Positions 56,212 through 64,000 of a DNA stretch of 64,000 bases are shown here, piece after piece. The notes below the pieces were generated by a model. The model saw only the letters and a list, made by a program, of their open reading frames with translations, ran no database searches and was not told where the DNA came from. A program made the position numbers and the translations under genes. The number at the start of each line of letters is the position of its first letter. Position 1 is the stretch's first letter. Location of the stretch: positions 2,221,826 to 2,285,825 of the forward strand of contig OZ253449.1 of the NCBI GenBank assembly GCA_965261345.1, in the 5' to 3' direction. This DNA comes from Chloroflexota bacterium (GTDB taxonomy: Bacteria > Chloroflexota > UBA11872 > VXNJ01).

Positions 56212-57258
56212 TTAGGCGTTCCATTCCAAGGCGACGCCGAGATAGGATTCCTTCTCGTTTAGGAGTCCCAGGTAAGCGCGCTCGATCTGCCGCGGAGGCA
56301 GTCGGTGTGAGATCAACGGTTCGATCTGCAACCGCCCGCGGGTGGCCAAATCCAGGACGGTCGACAGGTTGTGAATAGTCGATTCGTCGCTGGCGGTCTG
56401 CGGCCAGAACGGTATCAACCACTGCAGTGAACCGCGCAACTTGAGGCCGCGCCGGTGAACGTCTCGCAGTAGCGGGGTCAGATCGACCACATGCTCGCGC
56501 CGCGGCGATCCCAAGAGGACCAGCTGTCCGAAGCTGCGCACGAAAGGATAGAGCCCGCCGAGGACGGCTGCCTCGCCGACCGCGTCGACGGCAATGTCGA
56601 GCCCGTTCGGTGCGCCCAGGCCGGCAATGCCGGCGCCCACTTGTTGCGCGACTGGTTCGGCGATTGCTTCGACGCCGATCATCGTTGCCAGTTCGCGTCT
56701 CCGGCTGGAAGGATCGATCCCGATCACCCGGCAGCCGGCCAGCTGGTAAAGTTGCGCGGCCATGTTGCCGATCAATCCCAGCTCCCAGATCCCAACCCGA
56801 TCGTTGAGGCGCGGGCGTGAATTGGAAAGAGCGCTGAACGCTATCAGTGGCATCATGCACGCGGCCGCAACTGCCCCGTCCAACCCTTCGGGAACGCGAG
56901 CGAGCAGCTGTGTGCCCGGAGTTCCCGCGTCGGGCACCCGCAGGTGCTGAAAATCCTGGTGCCTGCTCGAGCTAAATACCCGCTCACCAATCTCGAATCC
57001 GGACACCGCGGCACTCTTGGCGACGATGCGTCCGACGTTGGCATACCCGGCCGCCCAGGGGTAGGCGCACCAGGAACCCGGGACCGTTACGTTCTTGTCC
57101 AATCCGGTGAAATTGGCCAGTTCGGTGCCGGCCGAGATGAACGTGAATTCGGTCTCGACCGTCAGTTCGTCTGGCCCCGGCCGGTCGGCGATTTCTATCG
57201 CATCAAGGAATACCTGACCACGTCCCGCGACGAGCACTCTAACAGCCTGCATGCTCAA
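56212..57258 (-). CDS. Medium-chain dehydrogenase/reductase (MDR, alcohol-dehydrogenase-like)
   Basis: GroES-like N-domain and Rossmann domain (GIWELGLIGNMAAQL…GCRVIGID). Tandem paralog of the next gene. Confidence 0.8.
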   Translation of the reverse strand: MSMQAVRVLVAGRGQVFLDAIEIADRPGPDELTVETEFTFISAGTELANFTGLDKNVTVPGSWCAYPWAAGYANVGRIVAKSAAVSGFEIGERVFSSSRHQDFQHLRVPDAGTPGTQLLARVPEGLDGAVAAACMMPLIAFSALSNSRPRLNDRVGIWELGLIGNMAAQLYQLAGCRVIGIDPSSRRRELATMIGVEAIAEPVAQQVGAGIAGLGAPNGLDIAVDAVGEAAVLGGLYPFVRSFGQLVLLGSPRREHVVDLTPLLRDVHRRGLKLRGSLQWLIPFWPQTASDESTIHNLSTVLDLATRGRLQIEPLISHRLPPRQIERAYLGLLNEKESYLGVALEWNA

Positions 57259-57309
57259 CCGCTCTTGGTCCGGATTGGCGCCTACATGAGGATGCGGGCG
57301 GTCCGGAGA

Positions 57310-58359
57310 CTATTGCCTCCAAATGAGCGCGACGCCGCTGTAGTGCTCCTTGTCATTTAGAAGACCCTGGTAGGCGCGCTCTATCTGCTGCGGCGGCATC
57401 CGGTGCGAGATCAGCGGTTCTACCTGCAGGCGACCGCGGGCGACCAGGTCCAATACCGTTTCCAGGTTGTGCAAGGTCGACTCATCGAAGGCGGTTTGCG
57501 GCGTTAGCGGGATCAGCCATTCGAGCGATCCGCGAAGCTTTATTCCGCGCCAGTGGATATCTGACAACAGCGGATTCATGTCGGCGACGTGCTCGCGGCG
57601 TGGTGAACCCAACAGGGTCACCTGGCCGAAGCGGCGCACGAACCGATGGATCTGGGCAAGGATTGCCGATTCACCAACAGCATCGATCGCGATATCCAAT
57701 CCGTCGCAAGCTCCCAGGCCGCCCATCTGGGCCTTAACGTCGGCCGGTTCCGGCGAAGCCACCCGCCCGATCCCGACGCCCTGCGCCAGGTCGCGTCTAA
57801 AGCCCGCCGGATCGATGCCGATCACTCGGCAGCCGGCCAGTTGGAAAAGCTGCGCTGCCATGTTGCCGACCATTCCCAGGCCCCAGATCCCGACGGTGTC
57901 ATTGAGGCGCCGGGGGGTGTTGGAGAGCGAGCTCATCGCCACCAGCGGCATGCGGCAGGCGGCGGCGACCGCCGGGTCGAGGTCGTCGGGGACCTTTGCC
58001 AGCAGCGACCCGGCCACGCTCACGCCCAGTCCGGGACCACCGTGGGTGACGAAGTGGACCTGTTGGTGTTTGGCGAAAGAAAAGACCCGGTCGCCGACCC
58101 CAAAGTCTTCGATCTTTTCACCGACTTTGATCACACGGCCGACATTGGCGTACCCGGAGGGCCAGGGATATTCGCACCAGGACCCTTTCTCGTAGACCTG
58201 CGGGGTCAGGGCGGTGTAGTTGGCCAGCTCCGTCCCGGCGGAGATAAACGTGGCTTCGGTCTCAACCATGACCTCGCCGGGACCGGGCCGGTCGGCTATC
58301 TCGATTTCTTCCAGCAGGACCTGGTTCTTACCTGGCACCAGTACCCGATTTGTGCGCAT
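57310..58359 (-). CDS. Medium-chain dehydrogenase/reductase (MDR), tandem paralog
   Basis: Same architecture (GIWGLGMVGNMAAQLFQLAGCRVIGIDP). ~55-60% identical to 56212-57258. Confidence 0.8.
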   Translation of the reverse strand: MRTNRVLVPGKNQVLLEEIEIADRPGPGEVMVETEATFISAGTELANYTALTPQVYEKGSWCEYPWPSGYANVGRVIKVGEKIEDFGVGDRVFSFAKHQQVHFVTHGGPGLGVSVAGSLLAKVPDDLDPAVAAACRMPLVAMSSLSNTPRRLNDTVGIWGLGMVGNMAAQLFQLAGCRVIGIDPAGFRRDLAQGVGIGRVASPEPADVKAQMGGLGACDGLDIAIDAVGESAILAQIHRFVRRFGQVTLLGSPRREHVADMNPLLSDIHWRGIKLRGSLEWLIPLTPQTAFDESTLHNLETVLDLVARGRLQVEPLISHRMPPQQIERAYQGLLNDKEHYSGVALIWRQ

Positions 58360-58908
58360 CAGAAGACCCCGTCCTCTATGAAATTACGATTGGCGCCGGA
58401 CCGCGGCGGCGGGTTGGGCACCAAAGCCGTTCGCCCATATCTTCAACTTATCGATAAAAAAGAGTGGCAAATGGCGGTAGGGACGGTTACGGTTGAGCGG
58501 ACGTTGTCATTGGCACGGTCCGCGGCCAAAGGTGGCCGCGCGACACCGGGATCACCAGCGGTGACCTTGAGAATTCCAAACGCAGGTGGACCACTTTCCG
58601 GGGTGTGTTCGCCGGGTCGGACGTAGTTGCGTTTGCGGCGGCAAGGACCTGGGCTTGCTTGGCAGCCGGATAAATAGTCGATGCGGTAATCATGGTGCTG
58701 CCCATCTGCGTGGACGGTTGGTGCCGACCACGCGGACGGACGAACCTCCCGGAGAGCGCCGGCCGGTGGGCCTGTTTTTCGCAACGGCGTGCTGATTTTG
58801 GGCCCTGGCGGTGATCGCGCTATTGGTTGCGCTTTGGGCCCAAATTCGTAGCCCCCGATAATCTCGGTCGGGCCGTCGGGCCCAAAACCTGCTTGCGAAT
58901 TTAGGAAA

Positions 58909-59715
58909 ATGATGGCCAAGATCGCCGCTGAGCTGTTCACCGTCCGTGAACACCTGGGCAATCAGCAGCAACTGCATGAAACGGTTCATCGCCTGGCCGG
59001 GATTGGCTTTGAGTACGTGGAGTTGGCGGCGGTCGCGGCGGTCGACGGCCCAGACGCTGACACCAGTCCGGCAACGCTGCGGCAAATGCTCGACGACCAC
59101 GGGCTTCGGGCCTCAAGCGCCCACCGGCGCTTTGGAAACCTGCGCGACAACACCGCGGAGGAACTTGATTACCTCCAAACCCTGGGCTGTTCGATGGTGG
59201 CGCCACCGGTCATCTTCGATGTTTACGATTACCGCGATTTCGACGGTTACCGGCGCTTTCTCGAAGAAGCACAACCGGTCCGCGAAACAGTGGCCGCCGC
59301 CGGCATCGATTTTGCCTACCACAACCATTCGCACGAGTTTGTGTATTTTGCCGGCACCAACGCCATGGAATACATGATCGAAAAGAGCCAAATGCAGATG
59401 GAGCTGGACACCTACTGGACCGCGATTTCCGGCGCTGACCCGGCGGAGATGATCTCACGCCTGAAAGGTCGAATCCGTTATCTGCACTGCAAGGACGCAC
59501 AGGTCTTTCCGACCGACGATCCGGATTTGTTTGCCATGCCCGGACCCACCTTCGCACCGGTCGGCGAGGGCCTGCTGAACTGGGGCGCAATCCTGGCCGC
59601 GGCGGCTGAGGCCGGAACCGAGTACTACATCATCGAGCAGGATGTTTGTCGGCGCGATCCGTTCGACTGCCTAGCGTCTTCATTCCAGTTCCTTTCGGAG
59701 GAAACCAAAACCTAG
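58909..59715 (+). CDS. Sugar phosphate isomerase/epimerase (xylose-isomerase-like TIM barrel)
   Basis: Family-typical …GFEYVEL…, …HNHSHEF…, …LHCKDA… segments. 268 aa. Confidence 0.8.
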   Translation: MMAKIAAELFTVREHLGNQQQLHETVHRLAGIGFEYVELAAVAAVDGPDADTSPATLRQMLDDHGLRASSAHRRFGNLRDNTAEELDYLQTLGCSMVAPPVIFDVYDYRDFDGYRRFLEEAQPVRETVAAAGIDFAYHNHSHEFVYFAGTNAMEYMIEKSQMQMELDTYWTAISGADPAEMISRLKGRIRYLHCKDAQVFPTDDPDLFAMPGPTFAPVGEGLLNWGAILAAAAEAGTEYYIIEQDVCRRDPFDCLASSFQFLSEETKT

Positions 59716-60008
59716 TCAAAAACGCGCCGCGCATGCCGGCCGCTACTTTTAAGCGGCGATCGCGGCACTGCCGGGTCGGCCCCCAGGCCGCTGTGACTGG
59801 GACGGGCCGCGCGGGCGTCGGGTAAACCCCTTCATCATCCGACCGTTGGACGGCTATCCCTCACCCGACCCCAGTCCGGCGGTGCGGTCAAGTTCCGGGC
59901 CCGAGACCGGTCAAACCTTTCCAGTGCAGATGGCCGGGGCCGCCTGCTCAGTCGGGCTTGACCGCGCTGACGGAATTAAGCGCCGCTACCGGTTGAACCG
60001 CGCTAGTC

Positions 60009-60665
60009 CTATCCGGTTCCAAACTGACGGTCGCCGGCATCGCCAAGACCGGGAAGGATGAAGCCGCGTTCGTCTAACCGATCGTCCAGGGCGGCAATGA
60101 ATATCGGCACTTCGGGGTGTTCGCCGTGCAGGCGAGCCACTCCTTCGGGGGCCGCGATCAAGCCCACAAAGGTGATGCTGGAGATTCCCTGGCGCTTCAG
60201 CAGCCGGCATGCGGCCGAGGCCGATCCGCCGGTCGCCAGCATTGGGTCCAGCAGCAGGCACATCTGCACGGCGACAGGACCCGCCGCCGCGGCGTAGTAC
60301 TCGATCGGGTCGAGCGTTTCCTCATCGCGGCGCAGGCCCAGGTGATAGACGACGGAATCGGGTAGGACCTCGGAAAGCGCCTCCGACATGCCCAGCCCGG
60401 CGCGCATCACCGGCGCCAGTCCGATCCGTCCCGGCAGGCGCCGTCCGGGGGCGATGGCCGCGGGGGCCGCAACCTCCACTGGCGTGGTGGCCAGGTCGGC
60501 GGTCGCTTCGTAGAAGATGAGGCGGGTCAGATCCCTAACCAGGGTGCGGAATCGGTGCGGCGGCGTGGCGGCGGCGCGAAGTTCGCACAGCTTGTGCTGC
60601 ACAACCGGGTGGGCCGACACCCAGAGTTTGGAGTTGGATTTAGTTGGATCCATCGGTTCAGACAA
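60009..60665 (-). CDS. upp: Uracil phosphoribosyltransferase
   Basis: PRPP-binding LLLDPMLATGGSA motif and C-terminal FILPGLGDAGDRQFGT. Confidence 0.85.
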   Translation of the reverse strand: MSEPMDPTKSNSKLWVSAHPVVQHKLCELRAAATPPHRFRTLVRDLTRLIFYEATADLATTPVEVAAPAAIAPGRRLPGRIGLAPVMRAGLGMSEALSEVLPDSVVYHLGLRRDEETLDPIEYYAAAAGPVAVQMCLLLDPMLATGGSASAACRLLKRQGISSITFVGLIAAPEGVARLHGEHPEVPIFIAALDDRLDERGFILPGLGDAGDRQFGTG

Positions 60666-61560
60666 TTTTGGGCTAAGGCTCGGCGGGCCGCCTAAATATC
60701 CATTCGTGCGTTGGCCGGCTGGCGCGGGTGTTGGTTCCTGTAGACCCTTCTAGGCATCCGATTGGTGCTGCGACCGCCAGCGCGTTTGAGCCGCTGAAAG
60801 CTCCGCGGTTATCGCCCGGACCTGCGCCGGCGATCTGGCCACCCCACCAGCGGGTCATGCGGCATAGCCAGCTAGAGGAGATCACGGTTGCCGATATCGG
60901 CCGCTCCCTTGGCCATGCCATGCATGTTGATAGATGCCTGGCTGGACGGCCCGCAGGACAGCGGCATTTCTCAAAGTTGCCCCATGCATGACCGGTTGCG
61001 GTTGTCGTGACCAGGATCTTCCACCACGCAGGCGGTGGAGAGGTTGAGGATGGCGCCGCCGCTGCGGTCATTGAAGTACCCGGCGGAGATGTCGCCCGGT
61101 CCCGATTGCTTCGGCGATGCAGGGGCGGTGTCCATCGACCTGATCGCCGGGATCGATCGGGCCGTTAGCCTGCGCTTGCCCAGGTTCCGTGCGCGCCGCT
61201 CGCGCTTGGTTTATGCGGCCAATTTCAGCAATTTGCCCACGGCCATTGGTCCAACTTCCATCACTCGAGCATGCGCATCGCGGGGCGGCAGATCGTATTT
61301 GGGCAGCAACTATTTCGCGGCGGCGATATCCGCGAGTTCCCAAGTGGGAAAACAGAGGATAGGATGCAAACATGCTCACGTATTTGCCGTTTGCCATATT
61401 TGCCGCATGAATTCCACGTCGGTGACGCCGTCCAAATTATTGGGTTCCGCGTGAATTGGCCGTCTGTCCGATTGAACCCGTTTGCAAAAATTCGCATCCC
61501 AGTGGCTACGAACTGTCGGTGGCTGGTTCTCGATAACTTAAAACTGCCGGGCAGGGCAGC

Positions 61561-62826
61561 TTGACCGCAAGTGGCCAAATCACCATCTACGGCATTCAAT
61601 GGTGCCCAGACTGCCGCCGCTGCCGCCAATTTTTGGGCGAGCATGGCATTGGCTTTCGCTGGGTGGATCTCCTCGAGCAGGCTTCCGCCGAGCAGGAGTT
61701 CGCCCAGCTCGACATTGGTCGCCCGGTGCTGCCTACGGTGCTGCTCGCGAATGGGCGGGCGTTGCTGCGGCCGAGCAATGCCGAATTGGCCGACGCGCTC
61801 GCAATCGATACCGATCGTGAGCGGCGCTATTGGCCCCTGATCATCATCGGAGGGGGTCCAGCCGGGCTCGTCGCGGCGACATTTGCCGCCCGCGATGGTT
61901 TCGACACGCTGGTAATTGAGCGTGAACAGGTGGGAGGCAACGCCAATCTCTCCGGCGAAGTTGAGAACATGCCCGGTTTCCCGACGGCGATAAGCGGATT
62001 TGAGCTAAGTGACCGCTTGCGCGCCCAGGCCCGTAAAGCCAACGTCGAGATGATCCAGGCCGCCAACGTTGTTCGAATCGACAGCCTGGGGCCGTACCAC
62101 ACGGTGGTAACCGAGGACGGTGAAGAATACAGCTGCTTTGCCTTAATCATTGCGACCGGCAGCACATATCGTCGCCTGCAGATCCCCGGTGAGTCCAAAT
62201 TGAATGGTTCCGGTGTCTACTACTGTGCGGCCACCGACGCGTATTTCTATACCGGAGAACACGTGGCCGTAGTTGGCGGCGGCAATTCGGCCGCCGAAGC
62301 GGCGCTGGCACTAGCTAGCTATGCCGGGAAGGTCTCGATGCTCGTGCGCGGTGAAAACCTCACTGCCAACGCCATCATCGCCGAACGGCTATTGGAAATC
62401 GCCAATATTGAAGTTATCTACGGAGTTGATCTGCACGAATTTCGCGGCGACGGCCAACTCGAAGCGGTTCGTGTGCGCGACATGCAGACCGATCAACTGC
62501 GCGATATTGCGGTCCGCGCGGCCTTCGTGTTTATCGGGATGCGACCAAATTCCGAATTCCTGCGCGAGGGTCGGGTTGAACTGGACCGACGGGGCTTTAT
62601 CTGCACCGGCAGCGACGTATCCAGCCGCGGCGACCTGGGTGCGGACCCCGACGAATTGGCCGATTTTGCGACGGCCGTGGCACCTGGGATATTCGAGTCT
62701 TCGGTTCTGGGAATATTTGCCGCAGGCGACATACGAAAAAACAGCTCAAAATTCGTTGCCACCGCCACCGGCGAGGGTGCCGCAGTGGCGATGTTGGCCA
62801 GCCAATACCTGCGCAACATGGCCTAG
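61561..62826 (+). CDS. Glutaredoxin-like domain fused to thioredoxin-reductase-like flavoprotein (atypical: single Cys in place of CxxC)
   Basis: N-terminus ITIYGIQWCPDCRRCRQFL (Grx/NrdH-type CPxC). Then FAD motif IIIGGGPAGL, an NAD(P)-type GGGNSA motif, and FAAGD. The canonical TrxR active site CATCD is replaced by CAATD. Confidence 0.8.
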   Translation: MTASGQITIYGIQWCPDCRRCRQFLGEHGIGFRWVDLLEQASAEQEFAQLDIGRPVLPTVLLANGRALLRPSNAELADALAIDTDRERRYWPLIIIGGGPAGLVAATFAARDGFDTLVIEREQVGGNANLSGEVENMPGFPTAISGFELSDRLRAQARKANVEMIQAANVVRIDSLGPYHTVVTEDGEEYSCFALIIATGSTYRRLQIPGESKLNGSGVYYCAATDAYFYTGEHVAVVGGGNSAAEAALALASYAGKVSMLVRGENLTANAIIAERLLEIANIEVIYGVDLHEFRGDGQLEAVRVRDMQTDQLRDIAVRAAFVFIGMRPNSEFLREGRVELDRRGFICTGSDVSSRGDLGADPDELADFATAVAPGIFESSVLGIFAAGDIRKNSSKFVATATGEGAAVAMLASQYLRNMA

Positions 62827-63155
62827 CGATTTATCGCTCAGGCGGAATCGATCTTGGCAAATCGGATTGCCGTAATCGCTAGGGATCGGGATTCTGCGCG
62901 CGTATTGAACCTGGCCTGCCTGCGTCCATGCACGGCCTGACGCCGCCTGCTCCGCCGATCGGGAATGGCCGTCCCGGACCCCGGCGCAATGGGCCCGGAT
63001 GCGACCGACGCAAGGCTCGGCCGAGTTGACGGATACCAGGTAAATTCCTCGGCCAATAACGGGATCCGTCCGGTAAAGGGTTTACCGGATCCGCGGGGTG
63101 GCTTTTGCCTGGCTTTACCGGCCAACAATCCGACCCCGATGCGACTAGGCGGCCG

Positions 63156-64000
63156 CTACGCGGGGCCGCTGAGAATGGCGTCGGTCATTACCGCCAGGAA
63201 CAACAATGCCAGGTAGGCCAGCGAATACAGGTAGAGCGGCCTTGCCTCCTTGGCATCTTCTGTCCGCTTCAATCTCACCGCCCGATAGATGAACACCGCC
63301 CCAAGTACCAGGGCCGAGACCAGGTACATAAATCCGACCGCGCCGGTTGCAAAGAACATTACGGTCAACGCAACCAGCAAGATCGTATGTAGCAGGATCT
63401 GTAACTTCGTTTGCCCAAGGTCGGTTACGACTGGCAACATCGGCACCCCGGCGCGAGCATAATCCTCTTTGATCAAGAGCGCCAAGGCCCAAAAATGCGG
63501 TGGCGTCCAAAAGAAGATGATTGCGAACAGGTAGGCCGCCGGAAGATCAATCGACCCGGTAATGGCAGCCCACCCGACCATCGGTGGGATGGCGCCGACA
63601 GCTCCGCCGATGACGATGTTGTGGGGCGTCGAACGCTTGAGGCCGAGGGTGTAAATGAATATGTAGATCAAGGTCCCGCTCAATGCAAGCACGGCGCTGA
63701 GTACATTTGCAAGCGAACCCAATAGCGTGAACGCCGCGACGTTGAGCGCGATTCCAAATATCAAAGCGTGCCGCCTTGAAATTCGGCCGCTGGCAACCGG
63801 TCGACGGCTAGTGCGTCGCATCTTTTGGTCGAGATCACCTTCAGCGCCGTGATTTAGGGCATTTGCCCCGCCGGCGGCCAGATACCCACGGACGAGAACG
63901 AGTCCTGCAATCGCCGGGTCGGGCCAACCCTTCGCGGCAAGGACCATCCCGCCGACAGCGGTTAGGAGGAGGAGGAATATGATCCGAGGCTTTGTCAGCG
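63156..64000 (-). CDS. ctaB: Protoheme IX farnesyltransferase (heme O synthase), 5' end runs off the window
   Basis: UbiA-family motifs (…ANALNHGAEGDLD…RRP…). Translation upstream of the track's Met continues in frame to the window edge (LTKPRIIFLLLLTAVGGMVLAAKGW), matching the CtaB N-terminus. Confidence 0.85.
   Translation of the reverse strand, partial: LTKPRIIFLLLLTAVGGMVLAAKGWPDPAIAGLVLVRGYLAAGGANALNHGAEGDLDQKMRRTSRRPVASGRISRRHALIFGIALNVAAFTLLGSLANVLSAVLALSGTLIYIFIYTLGLKRSTPHNIVIGGAVGAIPPMVGWAAITGSIDLPAAYLFAIIFFWTPPHFWALALLIKEDYARAGVPMLPVVTDLGQTKLQILLHTILLVALTVMFFATGAVGFMYLVSALVLGAVFIYRAVRLKRTEDAKEARPLYLYSLAYLALLFLAVMTDAILSGPA

Noticed and set aside
56120-56860. 246-aa Arg-rich minus-strand ORF overlapping the MDR dehydrogenase gene
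   Set aside because: Out of frame with the conserved dehydrogenase. Extreme Arg/Pro content.
60670-61560. Several 90-140-aa ORFs on both strands in the region upstream of the Grx-TrxR gene
   Set aside because: None has recognisable domains or convincing composition. Treated as intergenic leader, though a small unannotated gene or ncRNA cannot be excluded.

Overview
This is a 64 kb, high-GC (~65%) bacterial window, probably from an Actinobacteria- or Chloroflexi-like organism. It contains dense housekeeping blocks and one clearly accessory, decaying zone. On the housekeeping side: an SOS mutagenesis cassette (SRAP/YedK peptidase gene convergent with imuB-dnaE2), gltX, valS, topA, mfd, pth, ksgA, rdgB, hemW-ligT, pyrE, deoA, tatA, nth, upp, the start of ctaB, and two tRNAs (Gln-CTG, Lys-CTT). 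The accessory zone (~46.4-58.4 kb) shows serial duplication and decay. It holds a tandem PhyH dioxygenase duplication with one truncated copy, and a FAD-oxidoreductase pseudogene abutting a frameshifted IS481-family transposase relic. It also holds a sulfatase, an enolase-superfamily gene fragment, an LGFP-repeat protein fragment paralogous to the C-terminus of a large secreted LRR/LGFP protein at 7.3 kb, and tandem MDR dehydrogenase paralogs. The most unusual content in that zone is an intact three-gene array: AstE/AspA-family hydrolase, MR/MLE enolase-superfamily enzyme, AstE/AspA-family hydrolase. It looks like an uncharacterised N-acyl-amino-acid racemase/deacylase-type pathway. Other unusual items are a glutaredoxin::thioredoxin-reductase fusion whose reductase domain has lost the second cysteine of CxxC, and an 828-aa deacetylase-like/GT2/unknown-domain protein. 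deoA and valS both have conserved N-termini encoded upstream of any canonical start codon, and imuB has a possible frameshifted tail. No CRISPR array, rRNA or intact mobile element was seen.
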